DNA of 46,657 nucleotides from an uncultured Tissierella sp. (GTDB taxonomy: Bacteria; Bacillota; Clostridia; Tissierellales; Tissierellaceae): positions 1 through 46,657 of the forward strand of contig CAYOFC010000001.1 in the NCBI GenBank assembly GCA_964403265.1, in the 5' to 3' direction. Position 1 is the first letter of the stretch. Every line of letters begins with the position of its first letter. The position numbers and the translations under genes are program-made. The notes under the pieces were generated by a model. That model was not told where the DNA came from, searched no databases, and was given only the letters and a program-made list of their open reading frames with translations. Below are positions 1-10,736 of the stretch, one piece after another.

Positions 1-4
1 GTAC

Positions 5-1234
5 ATGAATTTTGAAAACATTGCTAAAAATGACCCTGCTATTATGGAGATCATTGATAAGGAAATTAAAAGACAGCAGAATCATCTTGAGTTAATCGCA
101 TCTGAAAACTTTGTTTCTGAACAAGTGATGGAGGCCATGGGTAGCCAATTAACTAATAAGTATGCGGAAGGTTATCCTGGGAGAAGATACTATGGTGGCT
201 GCGAAGTAGTTGATCAAGCTGAGGAATTGGCGATTAATAGGCTAAAGGAATTATTTGGTGCCGAACATGCCAATGTACAACCACACTCAGGTGCAAATGC
301 AAATCTAGGGGTTTATTTTGCAATACTAAAACCAGGAGATAAAGTTTTAGGGATGAACCTATCTCAAGGGGGACACTTGACCCACGGCAGTCCTGTGAAT
401 ATATCAGGTACTTATTATAATTTTGTTGAATATGGTGTAGACAAAGAAACTGAAGTAATAGATTATGATAAGGTGAGAGAGATAGCTTTAGAAGAAAAGC
501 CAAAACTAATAGTAGCAGGTGCTAGTGCATACCCAAGAAACATTGACTTTAAAAAATTCAAAGAAATAGCTGATGAAGTGGGAGCATATTTAATGGTTGA
601 CATGGCTCATATTGCAGGTTTGGTAGCAGCTGGATTGCACCAAAGCCCAGTTCCATATGCTGATTTTGTGACCACTACTACTCACAAGACTCTAAGAGGG
701 CCAAGAGGCGGAGCGATTCTATGTAAGGAAGAATATGCTAAGATGATTGATAAGGCCATATTCCCTGGCCTACAAGGTGGACCTTTGATGCATATAATTG
801 CAGCTAAGGCAGTCTCCTTTGGTGAAGCACTAACTGACGAGTTTAAAGAGTATCAAAAGCAAATTATATTAAATGCAAAGGTATTGGCTGAAGAACTTGG
901 TAAAAATGGATTTAGATTGGTTTCTGGAGGTACAGATACTCATTTAGTATTATTGGATGTTAGAAGCAAAAACCTAACTGGTAAAAAGGCGGAAGCACTT
1001 CTAGACCAAGTAGGAGTAGCTACAAATAAAAATACTATACCTTTTGACCCTGAAAGTCCATTTACAACTAGTGGAATTAGAATTGGAACTCCAGCTGTAA
1101 CTACAAGAGGTATGAAAGAAGAGCAGATGAAGGAAATCGCTGAAATAATCACTTTAGCACTAGATGAAAGTATTGATAGAAAAGAGATTCAAGACAAAGT
1201 ATCTAAACTATGTGAAAGATTTCCACTATATTAA
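5..1234 (+). CDS. glyA: serine hydroxymethyltransferase
   Basis: 409-aa ORF. The N-terminus has LELIASENF. The PLP-lysine region [14 protein letters not shown] is diagnostic of SHMT. Confidence 0.96.
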   Translation: MNFENIAKNDPAIMEIIDKEIKRQQNHLELIASENFVSEQVMEAMGSQLTNKYAEGYPGRRYYGGCEVVDQAEELAINRLKELFGAEHANVQPHSGANANLGVYFAILKPGDKVLGMNLSQGGHLTHGSPVNISGTYYNFVEYGVDKETEVIDYDKVREIALEEKPKLIVAGASAYPRNIDFKKFKEIADEVGAYLMVDMAHIAGLVAAGLHQSPVPYADFVTTTTHKTLRGPRGGAILCKEEYAKMIDKAIFPGLQGGPLMHIIAAKAVSFGEALTDEFKEYQKQIILNAKVLAEELGKNGFRLVSGGTDTHLVLLDVRSKNLTGKKAEALLDQVGVATNKNTIPFDPESPFTTSGIRIGTPAVTTRGMKEEQMKEIAEIITLALDESIDRKEIQDKVSKLCERFPLY

Positions 1235-1244
1235 TTCAAATAGC

Positions 1245-1263
1245 CCTACAGACTTTCTGTAGG
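1245..1263 (+). terminator. weak hairpin after glyA
   Basis: CCTACAGA (1245-1252) pairs with TCTGTAGG (1256-1263) across a 3-nt loop. There is no strong T-tract, so this is only a possible terminator. Confidence 0.3.
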
Positions 1264-1300
1264 TTACATATTAAAAAAGTACTATAAAGGTGGAAGATTA

Positions 1301-2635
1301 ATGGAATTAAAGAATTATAAAGAATCAAGAAATATAATAGAAGAAGTAGCAGTGGGAAGTATAGCAGAAGAACTGGAAATAGAAGCTGGTGATATACTTT
1401 TGAAAATCAATAATGAAAGTATTAAGGATATTATTGATTACAAGTATTTGGTTTCTGATGATTATATATTGTTGGAGATAGAAAAGCCAGATGGAGATAT
1501 TTGGGAATATGAAATAGAAAAAGACTATGATGAAGATTTGGGGATTGTATTTACAAATCCTTTAATTGATAGGGCTAAGTCTTGTACAAATAAATGCATC
1601 TTTTGTTTCATTGATCAATTGCCGCCGAATATGAGAGAGACTCTATATTTTAAAGATGATGATTCCAGATTGTCTTTTTTACAGGGGAATTTTATTACAT
1701 TGACTAATATGAGTGATAGTGAAATAGATAGGATAATTAAATATAGACTTAGTCCCATAAACATTAGCGTTCACACAACAAATCCAGAGTTAAGAGTTAA
1801 GATGTTAAATAATAAGAATGCTGGTAGGATTTATGATATAATAAAAAGGTTTCATGAAGCGAGACTAGAGGTTAATTGTCAAATAGTTTTAGTTCCTGGA
1901 GTTAATGATGGTAAAGAGTTGGAGAGAACACTATACGATTTATCAAATGTATATCCAACAGTTGAGTCAGTTGCAGTTGTACCAATAGGGGTGACTAAGT
2001 ATAGGGACAAACTAGCTAAAGTTGAAGTATATAATAAAGAATCAGCTTCTGAAGTACTTGATTCCTTAAAAATCCTGCAAGATAATTTTATGAAAGATTT
2101 TGCTACTAAATTTGTCTTTCCTTCTGATGAGTTTTTCGCATTATCTAATAGACAAGTGCCTAATTATGATGATTATGAAGGATTTCCTCAATTGGAAAAT
2201 GGGGTAGGTCTTATGAGATTATTCCAAGAAGAAATAGAGGAAGAATTATCTATATTAAAGGATATACCTAAAATAGATAAAAAATATATTGTGGCTACTG
2301 GGACATTAGCTTATGATTACATTGTAGATATGTTTTCAAAGGTTCAAGATAAGATACCAGGCCTAGAAATAGAAGTAGTAGCTATAGTTAATAATTTCTT
2401 TGGAGAGAAAATCACCGTATCAGGTCTTGTTACTGGATTTGATTTGATATCTCAACTAAAGGGCAAAAAATCAGATGGAATATTTATTCCCATATCTATG
2501 ATGAAATGTGATGAAGAGATTTTCCTAGATAACATAACTGTTGATGAAGTGTCTAAAGAATTGGACACTAAGGTTATAGTTTCTAAGGTTTCAGGTAAAG
2601 ATTTAATAAGTAATTTAATTATAGGGGTGAAATAA
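1301..2635 (+). CDS. DUF512-type radical-SAM-like protein with N-terminal PDZ-like domain
   Basis: 444-aa ORF with a PDZ-like N-terminus ([20 protein letters not shown]) and a canonical CxxxCxxC motif (CTNKCIFC). It has a long C-terminal domain. Its stop overlaps the der start (TAATG at 2633-2637). Confidence 0.7.
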   Translation: MELKNYKESRNIIEEVAVGSIAEELEIEAGDILLKINNESIKDIIDYKYLVSDDYILLEIEKPDGDIWEYEIEKDYDEDLGIVFTNPLIDRAKSCTNKCIFCFIDQLPPNMRETLYFKDDDSRLSFLQGNFITLTNMSDSEIDRIIKYRLSPINISVHTTNPELRVKMLNNKNAGRIYDIIKRFHEARLEVNCQIVLVPGVNDGKELERTLYDLSNVYPTVESVAVVPIGVTKYRDKLAKVEVYNKESASEVLDSLKILQDNFMKDFATKFVFPSDEFFALSNRQVPNYDDYEGFPQLENGVGLMRLFQEEIEEELSILKDIPKIDKKYIVATGTLAYDYIVDMFSKVQDKIPGLEIEVVAIVNNFFGEKITVSGLVTGFDLISQLKGKKSDGIFIPISMMKCDEEIFLDNITVDEVSKELDTKVIVSKVSGKDLISNLIIGVK

Positions 2636-3957
2636 TGAATAGAGCAATTGTATGTATAGTAGGTAGACCAAATGTTGGTAAATCCACTTTGTTCAATAGA
2701 TTAGTAGGTGAACGTATAGCCATTACGGAGGATAAGCCAGGGGTAACTAGAGATAGGATATATGCAGAAGCAGAGTGGCAGAACAACTATTTTACATTGA
2801 TTGATACAGGGGGATTAGAGCCTGATAATGAGGATGCCATAATGACCAATATCAGAAAACAAGCTGATATTGCTATAGACACTGCTGATGTAATATTGTT
2901 TGTTGTAGATGGTTTGGCAGGGCTTACAAGTACTGATAGAGAGGTAGCAGATATATTAAGAAGATCTGGCAAAGATGTAATCTTAGTATGTAATAAAATT
3001 GATACACCTAAGACACCTGATGAGATATATGAATTCTATGAGCTAGGTCTTGGCGAGCCAATGGTAGTTTCTGGGGAGCAGGCATTAGGGCTTGGGGACT
3101 TGCTAGATGAAGTGCTAAAATATTTCCCAGAGGATAAAAATGTTGGAGAAGACGAAGATGTTGTAAAAGTTACATTTATAGGTAAACCTAATGTAGGGAA
3201 ATCATCTCTAATAAATTATATATTAGGAGAAGAAAGGGTCATAGTAACTAATATCCCAGGTACAACCAGGGATTCTATAGACAGCTATTTTTCATATGGA
3301 GAAAATCATTATGTTCTAGTAGATACTGCAGGTCTTAGGAAGAAGAAAAAGATTTATGAAGAGATTGAAAGATATTCTGTTGTGCGAACTTTAGCTGCTG
3401 TTGATAGATCAGATATATGCGTTTTGGTCATAGATGCAACTGAAGGAGTTACGGAGCAGGATACGAAAATCGCTGGATATGCACATGACAATGGGAAGGC
3501 AATGATTATTGCAGTAAACAAATGGGATTTAATTGAAAAGGATGGCAAAACATATAAATCTTTTGAAAAAGACTTAAGAAATACTTTAGGCTTTATGGCT
3601 TATGCACCAATTATATTTATTTCTGCAAAGACTGGACAGAGAATAAATAAATTATTGGATTTAGTTAATGTGGTGAACAATAACTATAATTTAAGAATCA
3701 GCACTGGCGTATTAAATGATATTATCAATCAAGCAGTATTGATGAATCAACCGCCATCTGACAAGGGAAGAAGACTTAGGATTTATTATGGAACCCAAGT
3801 ATCTGTTAGACCACCAAAGTTTGTTATATTTGTTAATGACAAGGAGCTAATGCACTTTTCTTATGAAAGATATTTAGAGAATCAGATTCGTAGCCATTTT
3901 GGTTTTGATGGCACACCTATTCAATTTGAATTTAGGGAAAGGGGTAAAGGAGATTAG
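2635..3957 (+). CDS. der: ribosome-associated GTPase Der/EngA
   Basis: Two tandem GTPase domains with P-loops GRPNVGKST and [17 protein letters not shown] and NKID/NKWD motifs, and a KH-like C-terminus. The SD GGGGTGA lies upstream. Confidence 0.96.
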   Translation: MNRAIVCIVGRPNVGKSTLFNRLVGERIAITEDKPGVTRDRIYAEAEWQNNYFTLIDTGGLEPDNEDAIMTNIRKQADIAIDTADVILFVVDGLAGLTSTDREVADILRRSGKDVILVCNKIDTPKTPDEIYEFYELGLGEPMVVSGEQALGLGDLLDEVLKYFPEDKNVGEDEDVVKVTFIGKPNVGKSSLINYILGEERVIVTNIPGTTRDSIDSYFSYGENHYVLVDTAGLRKKKKIYEEIERYSVVRTLAAVDRSDICVLVIDATEGVTEQDTKIAGYAHDNGKAMIIAVNKWDLIEKDGKTYKSFEKDLRNTLGFMAYAPIIFISAKTGQRINKLLDLVNVVNNNYNLRISTGVLNDIINQAVLMNQPPSDKGRRLRIYYGTQVSVRPPKFVIFVNDKELMHFSYERYLENQIRSHFGFDGTPIQFEFRERGKGD

Positions 3958-3959
3958 TT

Positions 3960-4547
3960 ATGAAATTTATAATAACTATACTGATTGGGTATTCAATAGG
4001 TTGTTTCTCCTCTGCCTACTTTGTAGGTAGGATTTCCAAAGGGATAGATATAAGGCTTCATGGTAGCGGAAATGCTGGGGCTACTAATGCCTTAAGAGTA
4101 ATGGGACCTAGGCTTGGAGCTATTACTTTTCTTCTTGATGCTTTAAAGGGGATAGTAGCAGTAATAGTGGGTAGATTAATTATGGGATATAATGGAGCTC
4201 TAATTTGTGCTTTCTTTACAGTTTTGGGACATAATTGGCCTGTTTTTTTACAATTTAAAGGTGGTAAGGGAGTTGCTACATCAATAGGTGTATTGGCTAG
4301 TTTGCATTTACCAAGTGCACTATTAGCTGCTCCAATAGCGATTATTCTAATACTTATAACTAGATATGTATCTTTAGGGTCTTTGGTATTTTTAGTTTCT
4401 GTTCCCATAACTTACGCCCTATCTGCCAGTGAGTTCAAAAAACAGTATTTTGTTTTAGCACTACTTTTAGCCCTATTATCGATTATTAGACATAAGAAGA
4501 ATATTGAAAGAATTTTGGCAGGAAATGAGAATAAAATTGGCAGGTGA
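3960..4547 (+). CDS. plsY: glycerol-3-phosphate acyltransferase PlsY
   Basis: 195-aa polytopic membrane ORF with the HGSGNAGATN and FKGGKGVAT motifs typical of PlsY. Confidence 0.92.
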   Translation: MKFIITILIGYSIGCFSSAYFVGRISKGIDIRLHGSGNAGATNALRVMGPRLGAITFLLDALKGIVAVIVGRLIMGYNGALICAFFTVLGHNWPVFLQFKGGKGVATSIGVLASLHLPSALLAAPIAIILILITRYVSLGSLVFLVSVPITYALSASEFKKQYFVLALLLALLSIIRHKKNIERILAGNENKIGR

Positions 4548-4551
4548 TAAA

Positions 4552-5580
4552 ATGAGACATAAAATAGGAGTTTTAGGTGGGGGTAGCTGGGGTACAGCCT
4601 TGGCGATTTTACTATCTAAAAAGGGTTTGGAAGTAGACATGTGGCTAAGGGATGAAAGGAAGATAGATGATATCCTAGAAAATAGGGAAAACAAAAAATA
4701 TCTTCCGGGAGTAGAAATCCCAACTAATCTAAATATAACTGGTGATATAGAAAAAGCAATAAAAAATAAGGATATATTACTATTAGCAACTTCATCCCAT
4801 GGAATTAGGGAAATATTGTTCAACAAGAAGGATATTATCAATAAGGAACAAATAATAGTCAATGTATCAAAAGGAATAGAAAATAATACTTTGATGCGTA
4901 TTTCAGAAATAGTAGCCGAAATATTGCCTGACAACAAATATGCTATCCTATCAGGACCGTCCCATGCTGAAGAGGTAGCCATAGGGATACCTACAACTGT
5001 AGTTTCAGCATCAGTAGATAAGGATGTGGCCGAATATGTACAGGATGTATTTATGACACCATATTTTAGAGTTTATACCAACCCTGATGTTATAGGTGTT
5101 GAGCTTGGTGGATCTCTTAAAAATGTTATTGCACTAGCAGCAGGTATTTCTGATGGACTGGGATATGGAGATAATACGAAGGCTGCACTTATGACTAGAG
5201 GAATCTTTGAGATGGCTAGACTAGGGGAAAAAATGGGGGCAGATAGCAGCACGTTTTCTGGACTATCAGGTATTGGTGATTTAATCGTTACTTGTACTAG
5301 TATGCTTAGTAGAAATAGGCGTGCAGGTATATTGATAGGTAAAGGTTATTCCATAGAAGAAGCAATCAAAGAAGTTGGAATGGTTGTCGAAGGTATCAAG
5401 ACTACAAAATCAGCTTACGAACTAGCTAAAAAATATGGGGTAGATATTCCAATTACTGAAGAACTATATGAACTACTATATAATGGAAGTTGTGTTAAAG
5501 AATCTGTTCCTAACTTAATGGGTAGGGACAAAAAACATGAGATGGAAAACATTGTTTCGATTGAAGATATGAAGTGGTAA
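4552..5580 (+). CDS. gpsA: NAD(P)H-dependent glycerol-3-phosphate dehydrogenase
   Basis: The ORF opens at 4504. ATG 4552 is the likelier start because it follows the SD AGGTGA and the plsY stop (4545-4547). It has a Rossmann motif (IGVLGGGSWGTALA) and the GpsA core (GSLKNVIALAAGISDGLG). Confidence 0.94.
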   Translation: MRHKIGVLGGGSWGTALAILLSKKGLEVDMWLRDERKIDDILENRENKKYLPGVEIPTNLNITGDIEKAIKNKDILLLATSSHGIREILFNKKDIINKEQIIVNVSKGIENNTLMRISEIVAEILPDNKYAILSGPSHAEEVAIGIPTTVVSASVDKDVAEYVQDVFMTPYFRVYTNPDVIGVELGGSLKNVIALAAGISDGLGYGDNTKAALMTRGIFEMARLGEKMGADSSTFSGLSGIGDLIVTCTSMLSRNRRAGILIGKGYSIEEAIKEVGMVVEGIKTTKSAYELAKKYGVDIPITEELYELLYNGSCVKESVPNLMGRDKKHEMENIVSIEDMKW

Positions 5581-5609
5581 AGAATAGCAAGTAATTTTTT
5601 CCCAGCTTG

Positions 5610-5639
5610 TAATATTTATGGGTACTAGAACGTATATAT
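5610..5639 (+). promoter_or_regulatory. candidate sigma-E-type sporulation promoter of spoIVA
   Basis: TAATATT (5610-5616) fits the remembered -35 consensus kmATATT. A 14-nt spacer precedes CGTATATA, which matches the -10 consensus CATACAmT only partly. Confidence 0.25.
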
Positions 5640-5678
5640 ATAACATTAGGACTGTAAAAAAGAGTAAGGGGGTTAATT

Positions 5679-7157
5679 ATGATGCAATTCGATATATACA
5701 AGGATATAGCTGAACGTACAGAAGGAGATATTTATGCAGGAATTGTAGGCCCAGTTCGTACAGGTAAATCAACATTTATAAAAAGGTTTATGGAATTATT
5801 AGTAATACCTAATATTGAGAATTCCCACAAGAAAGAGAGAGCCATTGATGAACTACCATTGAGCGGATCAGGCAAAACAATTATGACTACTGAGCCCAAG
5901 TTTATTCCTAATGAAGCAGTTGAGCTATTACTTAAGGATAATGTGAAGTTTAAAGTTCGTATGGTGGACTGTGTAGGATATCTAGTAAAAGGTGCATTAG
6001 GTCATGTGGAAGATGAGATGCCAAGAATGGTAACTACACCTTGGAGTGATAGGGAGATGCCATTTGAACAAGCGGCAGAAATGGGAACTAGAAAGGTGAT
6101 AGATGATCATTCCACTATTGGCTTTGTAGTTACTACCGATGGATCAATTACAGATATTGAAAGAGCTAATTACATCAAGGCAGAAGAAAGAGTAATTAGT
6201 GAACTAAAAGAGTTGGATAAACCATTTGTTATCATACTTAACACTAAACACCCAGATCTTGACACTACAATTGCCTTAAAGGAAAGCTTACAAGATAAAT
6301 ATGGGGTATCTGTAGTTGCTATGGATTGTTTGAATATGGAAGTCAGTGATGTTGAAAGAGTTTTTGAAAAACTCTTATTTGAGTTTCCAATCAGAGAATT
6401 AACAATTGACCTTCCTAAATGGGTCGAAGGGTTGCCTAAGAATCACTGGATAAAATCTGAAATCATGAAGTCACTAAAACCTGCAATAGAAAATTTACAG
6501 AAGTTAGACCAGGTATTTGTTTCTTTGGACCCTATTAGGGACTTGGATATAGTAAAAGATGTTACAATTAATGAAATAAATTTAGGAGAAGGAGTAGTTC
6601 ATACAAAATTCCAGGTTAATGAATCATTATTCTATGATATTCTAAAAGAAATCACTGGATATAATATTAGTGGAGATCATCAAATACTTGGTCTTGTTAA
6701 TAGGCTGGCTAATGTCAAAAAAGAATATGACAAAATTGAAAAGGCATTAAGTGAGGCAAGGGAAGTAGGGTACGGTTATGTAAGCCCTACTATGGATGAG
6801 CTCCAGTTAGCAGAACCAGAAATTTATCGTCAAGGTAGCAAATTTGGTGTCAAACTTCAGGCCACAGCGCCATCTCTTCACATAATGAAGGCGGACATAG
6901 CTACGGAAGTATCTCCGCTAATTGGTTCCGAAAAGCAGTCGGAAGAATTACTAGAGTATTTTATTTCGGAATTTGAAAGTGACCCATCTAAGATTTGGTC
7001 GACAAATCTATTTGGTAAATCCCTACATGATCTAGTCACTGAACAGTTAAGTGGTAAATTAACAGCAATGCCAGAAGATGCAAGAAATAAAATGAGAAAG
7101 GCATTGGAGAGAATAGTTAATGATGGAAGTTCAGGATTAATATTGATTATTATATAG
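5679..7157 (+). CDS. spoIVA: stage IV sporulation protein A (spore coat morphogenetic ATPase)
   Basis: 492-aa ORF. The N-terminus FDIYKDIAERTEGDIYAGIVGPVRTGKSTFIKRFME closely parallels B. subtilis SpoIVA and includes the Walker A motif. Confidence 0.96.
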   Translation: MMQFDIYKDIAERTEGDIYAGIVGPVRTGKSTFIKRFMELLVIPNIENSHKKERAIDELPLSGSGKTIMTTEPKFIPNEAVELLLKDNVKFKVRMVDCVGYLVKGALGHVEDEMPRMVTTPWSDREMPFEQAAEMGTRKVIDDHSTIGFVVTTDGSITDIERANYIKAEERVISELKELDKPFVIILNTKHPDLDTTIALKESLQDKYGVSVVAMDCLNMEVSDVERVFEKLLFEFPIRELTIDLPKWVEGLPKNHWIKSEIMKSLKPAIENLQKLDQVFVSLDPIRDLDIVKDVTINEINLGEGVVHTKFQVNESLFYDILKEITGYNISGDHQILGLVNRLANVKKEYDKIEKALSEAREVGYGYVSPTMDELQLAEPEIYRQGSKFGVKLQATAPSLHIMKADIATEVSPLIGSEKQSEELLEYFISEFESDPSKIWSTNLFGKSLHDLVTEQLSGKLTAMPEDARNKMRKALERIVNDGSSGLILIII

Positions 7158-7207
7158 ATATAGTTTTTTTATCTAATCATTCAACAATCCCTTTGGACCA
7201 GGAAAAG

Positions 7208-7237
7208 AGGACAGAAGGTCATTTGACCTTCTGTCCC
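7208..7237. terminator. hairpin between convergent spoIVA and the chemoreceptor gene
   Basis: GACAGAAGGTCA (7210-7221) pairs with TGACCTTCTGTC (7224-7235). The minus-strand side has a U-rich flank (CUCUUUUCC). Confidence 0.6.
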
Positions 7238-7247
7238 ATTTGGTATT

Positions 7248-9413
7248 CTATATTTTAAACCTATCAATAATTTTTTGCATATTTTGGGCCAATTCTGATA
7301 GGCCTTCACTTGCTGCAGCAATTTCCTCCATGGATGCTGCTTGTTCTTCCATAGACGCTGATGCTTCCTCAGTTGATGCAGAATTTTCCTGGGCAATTGC
7401 CATAAGATGTTGCATAGTATCCAGTATCTCAGTTCTCATAATCTCCATATTTTCTGCTTCCTTAACTGATTTTTCAACAGCTGCTTTAGTAACTCTTGTA
7501 CCATCAGATATTTGAAGATATTTTTCCCTGCTATTTCTCACGCCAATTTCTTGTTCTTTAGCTATATTTAGCACAATATCCATTGTTTTTACTGCTTCTT
7601 GGGAGTTGTTTTGCAATTCTGATACCATAGTATCAATAGCCTTTGTAGACAGTGCTGATTGCTCAGCCAGCTTTCTTATTTCATCTGCCACTACTGCAAA
7701 TCCTCTACCATATTCACCAGCCCTCGCAGCTTCAATAGCCGCATTCAATGCCAATAAATTAGTCCGATCCGCGATGGATGCTATAACGCTACTTGCTTCA
7801 CTTATTTTATTTGAACTATCATTTGTCTTCAATATAACTTCCTGGATCTGATCTATTCCTTTACTGCTTTCTTCGGTAATTTTGCTCATCTTATCCATAT
7901 CTAGCAGTCCGTCATTAACTAAAGAATCAACTTTATCTGAGGCATTGTTTAACTCTAGCATATATACTTTGTTTTCTTCAAGATGAGTTCCTAGAGACGT
8001 AGCTTTAGTTGAACCTAGCTCAGTATCAGAGGCTTGTTCCGCCGCCCCTCTTGCAATTTCTTCAACTGTTTTTGATACTTCTTCAGCTGCTAAAGCCGAT
8101 TGCTGAGAAGTTGCTGTAAGTTCTTGTGATGAAGAACTCACCATTTGTGAAGAATTATTTATTTCAACAACTATTTCTTTTAGATTATCGGTCAGACTTT
8201 GGAATGCATTTGCAAGAGTACCTATCTCATCTTCCCTTTTAACATAGATTTCGGGAACATTTTGAGAGACATCTAACTCACCGAGTTTCATTGAGAATTC
8301 AGAGACAGAGATGATTGGTTGAGCTATTGAGTTTCCAATAAGGAATACAGCGAAAACGCTTATTACAACAACAAATATCCCAATGAATATTATAAACCTT
8401 ACAAGGCTTGGGATTTCATTAAGCAATTCGTCACTGTCGGCGGTAATAACAAAATACCAATTACTACCTTCTATAGGTGTATAACCTGCCAGTAAATCTT
8501 TCCTATCAAAAGTATAGCTACTAGAACCATTATTTTCATCCAGTATATTTTGATATAATGAAGCTATAGAACGATAGCTTCTATCATTTTCTGCTTCCAA
8601 TATTGGATTAAGTTGATTAGCAATAAAAATTTCATCTGGATGGGCAATTGTAGTACCTTCATTATTTATAATAAAACCATAACCATTATTACCAAAGCCA
8701 GTTTCCGCCACTATATCATTAAGGGAGTCCCCTGGGGTTCGTGCAATTAAAACACCTCTAACAGTCCCATTTTGCATTATGGGATATGCATACATTATTA
8801 CTGGTTCCCCAGTTACTCTACTGACTATCAAATCTGATACCGCTTTTTCACCTTGGAAAGCTTTTATAATATAATCCCTATCGTTTAGTCTAGCAGTTTC
8901 ACCAGATGCATAATATGCATTGCCACCACGATGGACTACTGCCATATCTAGAAAAGTTGTATTTGGAAGTTGCCTTTCAATATATGCTAATTGCCTACCT
9001 AAATCCATGCTTTCCATTTCAGCATCTAAAGCTAGCATTTCCAAATTAGATAATTGTCTATCAGCGTTACTTTCCACAAGTTTAGCAGCTTCTTGAGAAA
9101 GAGAAATCAATGTCTCTTCTGATGCTGATGTAATAAGGGTTTTAGATTTTTGTATAGAAACAGTAGATATAAGTAAAGTTGATAAGGATATTAGTGCAGT
9201 AAAACTAAAAATTAGTTGTGTTCGTATGCTTTTAAACTTTAATTTGTCATATTTTGATTGTAAATTTTCAAAATTTAAGTCTTTGAAATTTAAACCTTTG
9301 ATATTAAAGTTCTTTAAATTAATCCCTTGAAACTTAGTTTTCATGTCTTTTAATCTAAAGCTTTTAAAATGTGTACTTATGGATTTAAAATTGAAACCTT
9401 TTAATCTTTTCAT
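7248..9413 (-). CDS. methyl-accepting chemotaxis protein (Cache-type sensor, HAMP, MA domain) with repeat-rich N-terminal extension
   Basis: 721-aa ORF with two TM helices flanking a periplasmic domain of about 250 aa. It carries the highly conserved signalling hairpin [45 protein letters not shown] lies just upstream of ATG 9413. Confidence 0.92.
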   Translation of the reverse strand: MKRLKGFNFKSISTHFKSFRLKDMKTKFQGINLKNFNIKGLNFKDLNFENLQSKYDKLKFKSIRTQLIFSFTALISLSTLLISTVSIQKSKTLITSASEETLISLSQEAAKLVESNADRQLSNLEMLALDAEMESMDLGRQLAYIERQLPNTTFLDMAVVHRGGNAYYASGETARLNDRDYIIKAFQGEKAVSDLIVSRVTGEPVIMYAYPIMQNGTVRGVLIARTPGDSLNDIVAETGFGNNGYGFIINNEGTTIAHPDEIFIANQLNPILEAENDRSYRSIASLYQNILDENNGSSSYTFDRKDLLAGYTPIEGSNWYFVITADSDELLNEIPSLVRFIIFIGIFVVVISVFAVFLIGNSIAQPIISVSEFSMKLGELDVSQNVPEIYVKREDEIGTLANAFQSLTDNLKEIVVEINNSSQMVSSSSQELTATSQQSALAAEEVSKTVEEIARGAAEQASDTELGSTKATSLGTHLEENKVYMLELNNASDKVDSLVNDGLLDMDKMSKITEESSKGIDQIQEVILKTNDSSNKISEASSVIASIADRTNLLALNAAIEAARAGEYGRGFAVVADEIRKLAEQSALSTKAIDTMVSELQNNSQEAVKTMDIVLNIAKEQEIGVRNSREKYLQISDGTRVTKAAVEKSVKEAENMEIMRTEILDTMQHLMAIAQENSASTEEASASMEEQAASMEEIAAASEGLSELAQNMQKIIDRFKI
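9219..9413 (-). repeat. degenerate short coding repeats in the N-terminal 65 codons of the chemoreceptor
   Basis: The peptide reads [62 protein letters not shown]. It reiterates (F/L)(N/K)(F/L)K units, and the DNA reiterates TTAAATTT/TTTAAA blocks. Confidence 0.6.
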
Positions 9414-9516
9414 AGAACCTCCTAAAAATGATATATTATTTATTATATCGACTGAATATACTGAATAATAAGGGCTATTTCCGTAAAGTTTTAAATAAAA
9501 GGAAGGGGATAAATTT

Positions 9517-9570
9517 ATGTTCCTAGTTAAATTAAGAAAGATAATAAGTGGATGGAAATCTATGATATAA
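9517..9570 (+). CDS. candidate unannotated 17-codon small ORF ([17 protein letters not shown])
   Basis: The SD GGAAGGGGA (9501-9509) lies 7-8 nt upstream of ATG 9517, and the stop TAA is at 9568-9570. The ORF is too short for composition-based support. Confidence 0.2.
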   Translation: MFLVKLRKIISGWKSMI

Positions 9571-9625
9571 TATAGACAAGATAGTGTGAAAAGTAGGTCA
9601 AAATTTCATAAGAAAGGTAGATTAG

Positions 9626-10360
9626 ATGATTTTAGAAACAGAACGTATATATGAGCTTGAAACAGAATTATCGGATTTAAACGAAAATAATTTATTGAAA
9701 CCCCATGGATATCAGAAACTATTTGTTAAATTAGGTGATAAACATTTAAGTAATATTGATATCAATGTAGATACTACTATGGAGCATAATTTGGCTTGGG
9801 CATTTGTTTCTATATCAATGGAAATTGTTAAGCCAATAGAAGGAATGGTTAAATTAATCGGGAAGACATGGCATTCCCAGCATAAAGGCCCATTTTATAG
9901 ACGAGAATATATATTTACAGATGAGGATGGGAATATTCTAATTAAAGGTGCCAGCTATTCTGTTTTACTAGATATGGAAAAACGTACAATTTATCGAAAA
10001 AAAGAAACTCCTTTTCATATATTTGCTCCAATTGAAGAATATGTAATAGAAGCTAAACCAAATGAAAAGATTAAGCTAAGCTTTACAAAGATTGATGAGC
10101 GTATGGCATATAATAGTCATATAGATTGTCTAGGGCATGTCAATAACACGCGATATGGTGAATTTGCCTATGATGTATTTACAGATATAGAGGTGGATAA
10201 CTTAAAAAATCTTAAAAGAATGGATATATACTTTAGATCAGAGCTTAGAAAAAAAGATAAATTTTCTATACATAAGGTATGTGATAAAAATTCAATATTT
10301 ATAAGAGGGGAAAATGATACAAAGGAAGATACTTCCTTTGATATTGTATTTACTTTTTAA
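9626..10360 (+). CDS. acyl-ACP thioesterase-like protein (double hotdog)
   Basis: 244-aa ORF whose size and two-lobed layout resemble clostridial acyl-ACP thioesterases. The second lobe has Y-x-SHIDCLGHVNNTRY, which resembles the conserved D-x-N-x-HVNN-x-Y segment. Confidence 0.55.
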   Translation: MILETERIYELETELSDLNENNLLKPHGYQKLFVKLGDKHLSNIDINVDTTMEHNLAWAFVSISMEIVKPIEGMVKLIGKTWHSQHKGPFYRREYIFTDEDGNILIKGASYSVLLDMEKRTIYRKKETPFHIFAPIEEYVIEAKPNEKIKLSFTKIDERMAYNSHIDCLGHVNNTRYGEFAYDVFTDIEVDNLKNLKRMDIYFRSELRKKDKFSIHKVCDKNSIFIRGENDTKEDTSFDIVFTF

Positions 10361-10410
10361 AAACCAGGGTTCAAAGCAATGAAAAATATTGCTTTGAACC
10401 CTGGTTTTAT
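10361..10410 (+). terminator. intrinsic terminator after the thioesterase-like gene
   Basis: A perfect 20-bp stem: AAACCAGGGTTCAAAGCAAT (10361-10380) pairs with ATTGCTTTGAACCCTGGTTT (10388-10407). It ends in a T-run. Confidence 0.85.
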
Positions 10411-10595
10411 CAAAATATGCAGTCCCGATGATAATGACATAGTTCGGAATATGTTTGAAGTTGTTCTTGGTTAAGAAACGAGGGAGTTTATGACTTCTAT
10501 AAAATGATTTCACTTAATTTAGCAAGATTTATTGAGAATATTAGTCTAATAATCCTTAATATTTGCAAGATTATGCTTTATATCATGATTACTAT

Positions 10596-10621
10596 TAAAT
10601 CTTTTGTGTTTGTACCGATAT
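10596..10621 (+). promoter_or_regulatory. candidate sigma-D (FliA/sigma-28) promoter for the second chemoreceptor
   Basis: TAAA (10596-10599), a 14-nt spacer, then ACCGATAT (10614-10621). The remembered consensus is TAAA-N14-16-GCCGATAT. Confidence 0.5.
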
Positions 10622-10655
10622 ATATATTAGTTAATTTTATCATAAATTATAGAAA

Positions 10656-10736
10656 CCCTAATGCCTACCACCATTAGGGAAATTGGAAAAAACACATTCC
10701 ATATTGATTATTACAATCTATATTGAATGTGTTTTC
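10656..10736 (+). promoter_or_regulatory. two stem-loops in the chemoreceptor 5' leader
   Basis: Hairpin 1: CCCTAATG (10656-10663) pairs with CATTAGGG (10672-10679). Hairpin 2: AAAACACATTC (10689-10699) pairs with GAATGTGTTTT (10725-10735), with its 3' arm ending in TTTT. Confidence 0.4.

Noticed and set aside
4476-4982. A 168-aa minus-strand ORF antisense to plsY and gpsA.
   Set aside because: It lies entirely within strongly supported sense genes. The peptide is low-complexity and S/I/L-rich, with no SD and no recognisable motif. It is a shadow ORF.
9443-9452. A GTCGATAT-like sigma-D -10 element on the minus strand upstream of the first chemoreceptor.
   Set aside because: The -10 match is imperfect and there is no TAAA at the required spacing. 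It is not convincing as a promoter call.
10292-10513. A 73-aa minus-strand ORF spanning the thioesterase 3' end and its terminator.
   Set aside because: It runs through a 20-bp terminator stem and the end of a supported gene. It has no SD and its peptide is not protein-like.
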